A stretch of 64,000 nt of DNA from Candidatus Aerophobetes bacterium Ae_b3b. Its GTDB lineage: Bacteria > Aerophobota > Aerophobia > Aerophobales > AE-B3A. The notes beneath the pieces are model-generated. The model was not told where the DNA came from and did not search any database. It was given only the letters and a program-made list of their open reading frames with translations. The translations under genes were made by a program, and so were the position numbers. The stretch covers positions 12,895 through 76,894 of the forward strand of contig NJBP01000001.1 of NCBI GenBank assembly GCA_005223085.1, given 5' to 3'. Positions 16,746 through 25,117 of this stretch are shown piece after piece. How positions within the stretch are numbered: the first letter of the stretch is position 1; every line of letters begins with the position of its first letter.

Positions 16746-17846
16746 ATGGTGAGAGAGAGAGTAGTTGTGGCTATGAGTGGAGGGGTAGATTCATCCACGG
16801 CCGCTAGTCTTCTTAAAAAAGAAAGCTACCAAGTGATTGGAATAACCATGCAGATTTGGTCTTCAGACAGGATAGCCAGTGAGGCAGATAAATTGGGCGG
16901 TTGTTGTTCTTTAGTGGCGGTAGAGGATGCTCGCCGAGTGGCACAAAAGTTGGACATCCCTTACTATGTAATGAATTTTCGGAAAGTTTTTGCGGAGAAG
17001 GTGATTACCGATTTTTGTGAGGAATACAAAAGAGGCAGGACTCCTAATCCCTGCATTAGATGTAACCAATACATAAAGTTCACTGCCTTGCTGGAAAGAG
17101 CAAAAAAGCTAGGGGCTCGCTTTATCGCTACCGGTCATTATGCCAGGATTGAGTTCGACAAAACTCGTAGAAGGCATCTTCTTAAGAAAGGTATTGATTC
17201 GAAAAAAGATCAATCCTATGTCTTATATGCAATGACTCAGTTTCAGCTAAAGCATACTCTCATGCCTTTAGGAAATCTGACTAAGGAAAAGGTAAGGAGG
17301 ATGGCACGTGAATGGGCTTTGCCGGTGGCCGATAAGTCGGAAAGTCAAGAAATCTGTTTCATTCCTGATGATGATTACGGAGAGTTTCTTAAGGAGTACC
17401 TGCCGAGGACAACAAAGCCGGGGCCGATTCTGGATAGAGAAGGAAAAGTTCTCGGAGAGCATCAAGGAATCCTATTTTATACTGTTGGACAGCGAAAGGG
17501 GTTAGGTATGGCCATGGGTGAGCCTTTGTATGTTGTATCTATTGATAGAAAGAAAAACGCTATCGTGGTGGGTAAAGACAGCGATGTCTATGCCGATGAA
17601 TTAGTCGCTACCCAGATAAATTACGTGGACAGGGAGAAATTAACTGAACCTATAAGGGTGAAGGCAAAGATAAGATACGGTGCGAGAGAAGCGGAGGCAA
17701 TAGTTACTCCTTTGGATAAAGATAAAGTTCAGGTAAAATTCAGAAAGCCCCAGAGGGCTATTACTCCTGGACAGGCAGTGGTATTTTATGATGGGGATGT
17801 ATTGGTGGGTGGAGGAACCATAGCTAAAAGTGTGAGACGAAATTGA
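16746..17846 (+). CDS. mnmA: tRNA 2-thiouridine(34) synthase MnmA
   Basis: VVVAMSGGVDSS PP-loop, CCS...DA, NPCIRCNQYIKF, DQSYVL. I prefer ATG 16746, which lies just after the upstream stop, over the track start at 16689. Confidence 0.92.
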   Translation: MVRERVVVAMSGGVDSSTAASLLKKESYQVIGITMQIWSSDRIASEADKLGGCCSLVAVEDARRVAQKLDIPYYVMNFRKVFAEKVITDFCEEYKRGRTPNPCIRCNQYIKFTALLERAKKLGARFIATGHYARIEFDKTRRRHLLKKGIDSKKDQSYVLYAMTQFQLKHTLMPLGNLTKEKVRRMAREWALPVADKSESQEICFIPDDDYGEFLKEYLPRTTKPGPILDREGKVLGEHQGILFYTVGQRKGLGMAMGEPLYVVSIDRKKNAIVVGKDSDVYADELVATQINYVDREKLTEPIRVKAKIRYGAREAEAIVTPLDKDKVQVKFRKPQRAITPGQAVVFYDGDVLVGGGTIAKSVRRN

Positions 17847-17927
17847 TTAAAAATTACCAATTTGCTATGATAAAGGAAAATCTACTCAAAATCTGTAGTG
17901 ATGATTGAGGTGAGGAGGTGATGAGAA

Positions 17928-18182
17928 GTGAAGGAGATAAAAATTGGTAAAGTCTCCAAATATTTTGTTCATCCAGAGGCGGCGGCCATCGAGCTTGAGG
18001 GAGGAGTAAAAGTGGGAGATACTATTCACATCAAGGGGCACACCACTGATTTTGAGCAGGAAATAGAATCTATGCAGATAGAGAATGAGCCAGTAAAAGA
18101 GGCAAAGTCGGGAGATTCCATTGGGATCAAAGTTAAGGAAAGGGTTAGGCCCCATGATCTGGTTTATAAAGTGATTGAATAA
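17928..18182 (+). CDS. small EF-Tu domain-II-like beta-barrel protein
   Basis: 84 aa with a GTG start and a strong GGAGGTG RBS. The pattern G.VKVGDTIHIKG...IESMQIENEPVKEAKSGDSIGIKV...DLVYKV is typical of translation-factor domain II barrels. Confidence 0.55.
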   Translation: MKEIKIGKVSKYFVHPEAAAIELEGGVKVGDTIHIKGHTTDFEQEIESMQIENEPVKEAKSGDSIGIKVKERVRPHDLVYKVIE

Positions 18183-18202
18183 AAGTTCGCTGGGAGTCCG
18201 GT

Positions 18203-21127
18203 ATGTCTGTGGGTGACAAAATATTAGAAGGACTAAACCAGAAGCAGAGAGAAGCAGTCACTTATGGAGAGGGTCCCGTTTTGATTGTGGCCGGAGCAGG
18301 AACGGGAAAAACTCAGGTAATCACCAGACGTATTGCCTGGCTTATTGCTATGAAAAGGGCAAAGCCTGAGGAGATTCTGGCCCTTACCTTCACCGAAAAA
18401 GCTGCTGCTGAAATGGAGGAGAGAGTAGATATTTTGGTACCTTATGGATACACTGGAGTCTGGATTGGTACTTTCCATGCCTTTGGCGATAGTGTCTTGA
18501 GAGAGAATGCTTTGTTGTTGGGTTTGGTGCCAGACTTACAGGTATTGACCAGACCGCAGCAAATTATTTTCTTTCGTGAGCATCTCTTCGAATTCCCTTT
18601 TTCCTATTATCGACCACTGGGTAATCCCACCAGATATATTGAAGCTATGGTTACTCTCTTCAGTCGAGCAAAAGATGAAGATGTTATCCCCGAGGAGTAT
18701 CTTGCTTATGCTGAGAGACTGAAAAAGGAAGCAGAAGAGGGACCTGACGATCCAGAGCTTGAAGAAATTGCTACCCAACAGATGGAGATAGCTCGAACTT
18801 ACAAAAAATATCAGGATTTGCTTGCGCAACATGGAAAGATTGACTTTGGAGATCAGATAACTCTTCCTCTCAAGCTTTTTCGAACCCATCCGGCGGTGCT
18901 CCATCAATATCAAGACCGCTTCCGCTACATCCTGGTAGATGAGTTTCAGGATACCAATTATACCCAATTCCAGTTGGTCAAGCTCCTGGCCTCCCGAGAT
19001 CAGAACATCACGGTGGTAGCGGATGATGACCAATCAATCTATAAATTTAGAGGAGCAGCTATAAGCAATATTTTGGGCTTTATGGATACCTATCCCAAAG
19101 CAAAACAAACGGTTTTAACTGAGAACTATCGCTCTACTCAGATGATTTTAGATGCTGCCTATCGTCTGATAGGCTATAATAATCCGGATCGCCTTGAATT
19201 CAAAAATAGTATTGATAAGCATCTGAAAGCTCAGGTAAGGGAAGGACCGAGTATAAAACATCTTCACTACGATACACTCTTTAGTGAGGCAGAAGCAGCG
19301 GCCAATTTAATTAAAAAAAAGGTAGAAAAAGAAGGTTGTGACTATCGGGATTTCGCTATTCTGGTCCGGGCAAATCGCGATGCGGATCCATTCTTGAGAT
19401 CTTTAAATATGGCCGATATACCCTGGACTTTTTCTGGAAATGAGGGACTTTACACACGGGAAGAGGTTCGTCTCCTCATTTCTTTCTTGAGAAGTGTTGC
19501 CAACTTCGATGACAGTGTTAGCCTTTATTATCTTGCCGCTTCCGAAATATATCAGCTTTTGGCTAGAGATCTTACCTTATGTATGAATTACGCCAGTCGC
19601 AGGAATCGCTCACTTTATCATGTTTTTTCCCGGGTTTCAGAAATTTTGGAGTTGGATGAGGAGATCTCGCCCGAAAGTAAGGCCACTATCTCAAGGATAA
19701 TGAAGGATCTGGAGAAGTATGCTCAATTAGCCATCAAAGGGGGTACAGGAGAGGTTCTCTACAGTTTTATTATAGATACCGGTTATCTTAAGCGTCTGAC
19801 CTCTCTTTCCTCGCTCACTAACGAAGAGAAGGTTAAGAATATAGCCAGGTTCTTCGACATTATTCGCAGTATTTCCAACGTAATTACTTATGACAGAATT
19901 CCCCAGTTTACCAGCTATCTTGATTTGCTCATGGAAGCTGGTGATAATCCTGCTGTGGCTGAAGCTGATACTGAGGCGGATGCGGTGAATGTTCTCACCA
20001 TACATAAGGCAAAAGGACTGGAGTTTCCGGTAGTTATCATGGTCAGTCTTGTGTCTCAGCGATTTCCCTGTCATTATCGTCGGGAAAGTATATCTTTGCC
20101 CGATCCTCTGATTAAGGATATTCTTCCCAGTGGAGATTTTCATCTGCAGGAAGAGCGACGTCTTTTTTACGTGGGGATGACCCGAGCCAAAAGAGAGCTT
20201 TATTTTACCAGCGCCAAAGATTACGGAGGAAAGCGACCAAGAAGAGTGAGCCAGTTTGTTCTGGAGGCTCTGGATCTATTCAAGACGGAGGTGAAAGCCC
20301 AAAAGTCTTCTGCTCTGGAAGTGATAGAGCGAAGTGCCCCTAAGCCAGGTATACAACACGAATTATCTGAGGCAATCCCGCCAACAGAGATACTAACCGT
20401 AAGTTATTTCCATATAGACGATTATCTTACCTGCCCCTTAAAATATAAGTACGTTCATGTCCTTCGGGTACCTATTCTGCCTCACCATGCTGTGGTCTAC
20501 GGTAAAGCTCTTCATGATGCAGTTCAAGAATATTATCGCCGTAGGCTCACAGGAGTTAAAATTACGGAGGAAGAGTTTCTGGCTGTTTTTGAGAATTCCT
20601 GGAGGAGCGAAGGATTCCTCACCCGGCAGCATGAAGAACAAAGGCTGGACGTGGGGCGAAGAACGCTGCAGTCCTTCTATCAAATGGCTCAAACAGAAAA
20701 ACATTTGCCTGCCTATGTGGAAAAAGAATTTAGTTTTTTACTCAAGAACAATAGAGTTAGGGGGCGGTGGGATCGTGTGGATATCCAGGATGGAGAAGTT
20801 TGCATCATCGATTTTAAATCTTCCAATATAAGGAAGAAAGAAAAGGCCGATAAAAGAACCAGAGAGAGTCTTCAGTTAGCTATCTACGCATTGGCTTATC
20901 AAAAAATCTATGGGAAGATACCGGATCGGGTGGAACTTCATTTTCTGGAATCGGGTCTGATAGGGACAGCAGGTCTAAGCGAGGATGATCTTAATCGGAC
21001 AGTGAAAAAGATTGATAAGGCGGCAGCGGGCATTCGTGTCAGACTATACGAGGCTAAACCAGCTTATCTGGCTTGCAGGTATTGTGCTTATGAGAAAGTG
21101 TGTCCGTATACTGCGGGCAAAAGATAA
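18203..21127 (+). CDS. UvrD/PcrA-like superfamily-1 helicase fused to a Cas4/AddB-type PD-(D/E)XK nuclease with a 4-Cys cluster
   Basis: 974 aa. AGAGTGKT Walker A, ILVDEFQDTN, TENYRST, TIHKAKGLEFP, YVGMTRAK. The C-terminal domain has CPLKYKY...GRWDRVD...IIDFKS...QLAIYALAY...CRYCAYEKVCP. Confidence 0.85.
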   Translation: MSVGDKILEGLNQKQREAVTYGEGPVLIVAGAGTGKTQVITRRIAWLIAMKRAKPEEILALTFTEKAAAEMEERVDILVPYGYTGVWIGTFHAFGDSVLRENALLLGLVPDLQVLTRPQQIIFFREHLFEFPFSYYRPLGNPTRYIEAMVTLFSRAKDEDVIPEEYLAYAERLKKEAEEGPDDPELEEIATQQMEIARTYKKYQDLLAQHGKIDFGDQITLPLKLFRTHPAVLHQYQDRFRYILVDEFQDTNYTQFQLVKLLASRDQNITVVADDDQSIYKFRGAAISNILGFMDTYPKAKQTVLTENYRSTQMILDAAYRLIGYNNPDRLEFKNSIDKHLKAQVREGPSIKHLHYDTLFSEAEAAANLIKKKVEKEGCDYRDFAILVRANRDADPFLRSLNMADIPWTFSGNEGLYTREEVRLLISFLRSVANFDDSVSLYYLAASEIYQLLARDLTLCMNYASRRNRSLYHVFSRVSEILELDEEISPESKATISRIMKDLEKYAQLAIKGGTGEVLYSFIIDTGYLKRLTSLSSLTNEEKVKNIARFFDIIRSISNVITYDRIPQFTSYLDLLMEAGDNPAVAEADTEADAVNVLTIHKAKGLEFPVVIMVSLVSQRFPCHYRRESISLPDPLIKDILPSGDFHLQEERRLFYVGMTRAKRELYFTSAKDYGGKRPRRVSQFVLEALDLFKTEVKAQKSSALEVIERSAPKPGIQHELSEAIPPTEILTVSYFHIDDYLTCPLKYKYVHVLRVPILPHHAVVYGKALHDAVQEYYRRRLTGVKITEEEFLAVFENSWRSEGFLTRQHEEQRLDVGRRTLQSFYQMAQTEKHLPAYVEKEFSFLLKNNRVRGRWDRVDIQDGEVCIIDFKSSNIRKKEKADKRTRESLQLAIYALAYQKIYGKIPDRVELHFLESGLIGTAGLSEDDLNRTVKKIDKAAAGIRVRLYEAKPAYLACRYCAYEKVCPYTAGKR

Positions 21128-21143
21128 GCAAAGAATTAGTAAA

Positions 21144-21260
21144 TGCTCAGTAAACGCCGTGTCACATTGAATTTTCAGGGTAGCCGCACCCTTTAGGGTG
21201 CGCAGGCTCTGAGCCTTGCGACTACCAAAAATGACGGGGTTCACTGAATACTTACAAGAA
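21144..21260 (-). repeat. family A repeat, copy 2 (inverted relative to copy 1)
   Basis: Reverse complement of 5556..5697, with a shorter internal segment. It starts about 16 nt after the helicase-nuclease stop. Confidence 0.85.
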
Positions 21261-21271
21261 TTAGTTTCGCC

Positions 21272-21311
21272 GACAGCGACAGAGGGGAAAAGTCCCGAGA
21301 TATTCTTGAAG
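21272..21311 (-). repeat. fragment of the family B repeat terminus (inverted)
   Basis: cagcgacagaggggaaaagtcccgagatattcttg closely matches the reverse complement of the left end of B1 (53698..53735). Confidence 0.7.
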
Positions 21312-21326
21312 TATAGAAATTTCTAC

Positions 21327-21490
21327 TAATTTCTCTGAATTGTTATCAAGTAAACCTCGGCAGGCGAGATATCAGAAAAAAGAGGGGAGCAGGCTCGACT
21401 TGCTCGAGCCGTCGAGGGGGGTCATTCCGAAGGAATCGGCGAAGCCCTATTTCCCCCCTCGAGTATCTTGAATAAAGGGAGAGAAGAATG
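21327..21490 (+). repeat. family C repeat / shared 5' leader, copy 1 (upstream of rmuC)
   Basis: taatttctctgaattgttatNaagtaaacctcggcag...agatatcagaaaaaagaggggagcaggctcgact..ctcgagccgtcgagggggg...cccccct.gagtat.ttg...aaagg.agaaga(a)ATGGA is shared with 58400..58537. This copy carries a 25-nt-longer loop insert. Confidence 0.85.
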
Positions 21491-22582
21491 GAGTGGGCTA
21501 TAACATTCATTTTTGTTTTGCTGGCAGTTTTGGGGGTACTTACTCTATGGAACATTACAAATACCAGGAAAACCAGAAAGGATGATCAGACACTTCTCAT
21601 GATAAATCAGCAGTTAAACCAGGTCTCCAATCAGGTGACCAATCAGTTGAACACAGTTATGGCTCAGGTAAATGAGCGATTAAAGGAAAATGTGCAGATG
21701 CTCAGGGATGCGAATGAGAATATCGGGGAAAAGCTTGATAAAACTGTTAGTACGGTTAATGCGGTACAGAATAGTCTAGGAAGATTGAGTGAGGCAAATA
21801 AGCGGATTTACGAGGTAGGCAAGGATATATCTGGCCTCCAGGAGCTTTTACGCGCGCCAACCTTTAGGGGAGAGATGGGAGAGTTTTTATTGGGTGATCT
21901 CTTGGGACAAATTCTTCCTCGAGAACATTTCACTCTTCAGTATCAATTTAAAAGTGGGGAGGTGGTAGACGCAGTTATCCATCTTGGTTCTTATTTGGTT
22001 CCGGTGGACTCCAAGTTTCCCTTAGAGAATTTTAAAAAGATGGTTGAAAGCAGTGAGGAAAAAGAAAGAAGGGTAAATCGAAAAAAGTTTGTATCTGATG
22101 TTAAGAGGAGAATCGATGATATTGCAGAAAAATATATTGTTCCGGATGAGGGTACATTTGAATTTGCTCTGATGTACATTCCAGCTGAGAACGTTTATTA
22201 CGAGACCATAATCAAGGACGAATCTGGGAGTGAAAAGATGAGTGTTTGTACTTACGCCCTTTCTAAAAAAGTTATTCCTACCTCACCCAATAGTTTCTAC
22301 GCTTACTTAATGGCAATATTACTGGGTCTAAGGGGTTTAAAGATCGAAAAGAATGTGCGAGAGATAATTGCCAATCTAGGGCGACTCCATGGTGATTTGG
22401 GAAAATTCCAGAATGATTTTGAGATCGTGGGTAAACACATCTACAGTACTAAAAATAAATATGAGGAGGCTGAGAGAAAGTTAGGAAGACTCAGCGACAA
22501 ACTGTTAAGCGTTGGAGAAGTAAAATCTTCCGATGAACTAGAAGAAAGTAGTGACTCAAATACTCACCCGGTAAAGGAGTAA
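21488..22582 (+). CDS. rmuC: DNA recombination protein RmuC
   Basis: 364 aa. N-terminal TM, long coiled coil, then LRAPTFRGEMGEFLLGDLL...VVDAVI...VPVDSKFPLE...MYIPAENVYYE, typical of RmuC. Confidence 0.88.
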   Translation: MEWAITFIFVLLAVLGVLTLWNITNTRKTRKDDQTLLMINQQLNQVSNQVTNQLNTVMAQVNERLKENVQMLRDANENIGEKLDKTVSTVNAVQNSLGRLSEANKRIYEVGKDISGLQELLRAPTFRGEMGEFLLGDLLGQILPREHFTLQYQFKSGEVVDAVIHLGSYLVPVDSKFPLENFKKMVESSEEKERRVNRKKFVSDVKRRIDDIAEKYIVPDEGTFEFALMYIPAENVYYETIIKDESGSEKMSVCTYALSKKVIPTSPNSFYAYLMAILLGLRGLKIEKNVREIIANLGRLHGDLGKFQNDFEIVGKHIYSTKNKYEEAERKLGRLSDKLLSVGEVKSSDELEESSDSNTHPVKE

Positions 22583-22605
22583 TTTACTTGTTTTAGAGAA
22601 AGGAT

Positions 22606-23313
22606 ATGAATATGTCGGCAAGGGATAGATTAATTGTGGCCCTGGATGTGGATACCCAAAAAGAGGCCGAGGTTTTAGTAGAAAAGTTAAGCGAGTTCGT
22701 GGGGGTGTTTAAAGTAGGGCCTCGCTTATTTACTCGCTGCGGCCCAAAAATTATAGATCTTGTTAAGGAAAAGAATAGCAGGGTTTTTTATGATGCTAAA
22801 TTTTATGATATTCCCTCTGTGGTAAAGAAAGCTGCTCAAGCTTCGGCCGAGATGGGAGTAGATTTGCTCACTCTCCATACCCTGGGAGGTTCCGAGATGA
22901 TGGAGGCCGCAGTAGAAGGGATAAGAAGCGAAAACAGTCAAGTTGACGTACTGGGGGTTACTCTTCTTACTTCCTTAAGTTCCCGAATTTTGAAAGAGGA
23001 GCTGGGAATCGAGAGGAACTTAACCGAAGAGATTATTCACTTGGCTGGTCTTGCCAGGAAGGCTGGGTTAAACGGAGTGATTACCTCCGCCTGGGAACTT
23101 GAGGAACTCAGGAGGAATTTTGGGTCAGATTTTATTCTGGTAGTTCCTGGGATAAGGCCACTGAGAAGCGGAAAGAATGAACAGAGAAGAGTTTCCACTC
23201 CTAAAGAAGCTATAGAAAAAGGAGCTGATTTTCTGGTGGTGGGACGTCCGATCTTGAACTCCCATGATCCAGTGGAGATAACCAAAAGGATTCTAAGAGA
23301 GATGAACCACTAG
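22606..23313 (+). CDS. pyrF: orotidine-5'-phosphate decarboxylase
   Basis: LIVALDV, FKVGPRLF, FYDAKFYDIPSVV, LTLHTLGG, LVVPGIRP, VVGRPI. Confidence 0.92.
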   Translation: MNMSARDRLIVALDVDTQKEAEVLVEKLSEFVGVFKVGPRLFTRCGPKIIDLVKEKNSRVFYDAKFYDIPSVVKKAAQASAEMGVDLLTLHTLGGSEMMEAAVEGIRSENSQVDVLGVTLLTSLSSRILKEELGIERNLTEEIIHLAGLARKAGLNGVITSAWELEELRRNFGSDFILVVPGIRPLRSGKNEQRRVSTPKEAIEKGADFLVVGRPILNSHDPVEITKRILREMNH

Positions 23314-23357
23314 CCAATGAGATAGTTGTATGTCATGAAATAAATTAGGGGGTAGGA

Positions 23358-24965
23358 TTGGAGGTACTGACAATAATTTTTGGCATAGCAGGGGGATTAG
23401 CTTTATTTCTTTATGGTATACATGTGCTTAGCGAAGGTTTACAAAGAGCCGCTGGTGGAAAGTTAAAGTTAATATTGGAAAAACTAACAAATAAACCAAT
23501 AAAAGCAGTAGCAACAGGAGCACTCATAACAGCAGTCATCCAGAGTAGTAGTATCACGACTATTACACTAATTGGACTAATAAATGCTGGTTTAGTGAAC
23601 TTAATGCAAGCTGCTGGAGTAATAATGGGAGCTAACATAGGAACAACGATTACCGCTCAGTTAGTTGCTTTTCATATTGGAAGATATGCTTTGCCCATAA
23701 TTGCCATTGGTACATTGATATTTTTTACAGCTAGAAAGAAAAAATATCATTGTTTAAGTCAGATATTACTTGGCTTTGGTATATTATTCTTAGGTATGAA
23801 TTTAATGGGAGAGGGAGCTGAGCCGTTAAGCAGTTCTGCTTTTTTCTTAGATATGATGGAGAAATTTAGTAAAGTACCTGTACTTGGCGTTGCTGCTGGA
23901 GCTATTTTTACTGGACTTATTCAGAGTAGCAGTGCAACAACTGGTTTAGTAATAGCTATGGGTATGAAAGGTTTACTTAGCTTAAAAGCAGCTATAGCCA
24001 TTATAATAGGTGCAAATATAGGTACTTGTGTCACAGCTTTAATAGCCTCTATTGGCACTTCTATTTCTGCTAAAAGGGCTGCCATAGTACATACTAGCTT
24101 TAACGTAAGTGGAGCTTTAATATTTATTCCAATTATATCTCTTTTCTCTTATCTTGTTTCTTTTACTGCTACAGACTTACCGAGGCAAATTGCAAATGCT
24201 CATACTTTGTTTAATATTATGACTACCTTAATTATGTTTCCGCTAATGTTCATTCTTGTTTTTATAGCTAAAAAGGTAGTTCCTGGAAAAGATTTTTTGA
24301 TAGATAGAGGTGTAAAATTTTTAGATGAAAGAATTTTGAGAACGCCTTCTATTGCTTTATCTCAAGCTGATAAAGAAACATTAAGAATGGCTGATATGAC
24401 TAATGAGATGCTGAATAAAAGTGTTGATGCTTTTATGAAAAATGATAAGGATTTAATAAGAGTTGTAATTAAACAAGAAGAGGCTGTTGATGAGTTATAT
24501 GAAAATATTGATAGATATTTAGCTAAAATACCCGAAAGGAAACTAAGTAGAAAAGATTACGAAAGACTAGCGATCTTAAAACATAGCATAAATGATATTG
24601 AAAGAGTTGGAGATCATCTTAATAATGTTGTTGAATTGGCTGAGCGCAAAATGAAATCAAAATTGGTTTTCTCTGAAGCAGCCAATAGAGAAATGAGCAT
24701 AATGTTTGATGAGGTTAAGAGAGTTTACAAAAATGCTATAAAAGCATTAAAGGAAAACGATGAAAGAAGTGCTAAGATAACTTTAAAGTTAGAGGATGAT
24801 ATAGATGAGAAAGAGAAAGAATTTGAAGCTAATCATATAAGAAGATTAGAAAAAGGTATATGTCACCCAGCTTCTGGGATTATTTTTGTAGACACTTTAC
24901 GTAACTTAGAGAGGATTAGTGATCATTCTAGAAATATTGCTAATTCTGTTGTAGTTGGTTTTTAA
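23358..24965 (+). CDS. Na+/phosphate cotransporter family protein with C-terminal PhoU-like repeats
   Basis: 535 aa with a TTG start. Duplicated QSSSITT / QSSSATTG motifs sit in a polytopic N-terminal half. The C-terminal half has ERVGDHLNNV and ERISDHSRNIAN PhoU-type motifs. It is noticeably more AT-rich than its neighbours. Confidence 0.85.
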   Translation: MEVLTIIFGIAGGLALFLYGIHVLSEGLQRAAGGKLKLILEKLTNKPIKAVATGALITAVIQSSSITTITLIGLINAGLVNLMQAAGVIMGANIGTTITAQLVAFHIGRYALPIIAIGTLIFFTARKKKYHCLSQILLGFGILFLGMNLMGEGAEPLSSSAFFLDMMEKFSKVPVLGVAAGAIFTGLIQSSSATTGLVIAMGMKGLLSLKAAIAIIIGANIGTCVTALIASIGTSISAKRAAIVHTSFNVSGALIFIPIISLFSYLVSFTATDLPRQIANAHTLFNIMTTLIMFPLMFILVFIAKKVVPGKDFLIDRGVKFLDERILRTPSIALSQADKETLRMADMTNEMLNKSVDAFMKNDKDLIRVVIKQEEAVDELYENIDRYLAKIPERKLSRKDYERLAILKHSINDIERVGDHLNNVVELAERKMKSKLVFSEAANREMSIMFDEVKRVYKNAIKALKENDERSAKITLKLEDDIDEKEKEFEANHIRRLEKGICHPASGIIFVDTLRNLERISDHSRNIANSVVVGF

Positions 24966-25014
24966 AAATTGGATTGCACCCCTGTGATTGAACAGATTAT
25001 GATCTGAGAGACAC

Positions 25015-25042
25015 TTGACAAATAGAAAAAATATGTTATAAT
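25015..25042 (+). promoter_or_regulatory. near-consensus extended -10 promoter of the ROK regulator gene
   Basis: TTGACA (25015-25020), 16 nt, TGtTATAAT (25034-25042). Confidence 0.6.
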
Positions 25043-25061
25043 TAGTAAACAGAAGACACTA

Positions 25062-25081
25062 AATTAGTAAGAAGAGTTAAT
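25062..25081 (+). promoter_or_regulatory. 20-nt box AATTAGTAAGAAGAGTTAAT (candidate operator or leader element), copy 1
   Basis: 19/20 identical to 26483..26502, and the flanking purine-rich 10-12 nt are also similar. It lies in the 5' UTR just downstream of the promoter, and ATTAGTAA also overlaps the -10. Confidence 0.4.
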
Positions 25082-25117
25082 TATGACACCGGGACTGACG
25101 GTGAAAGGGTAAAAGCT

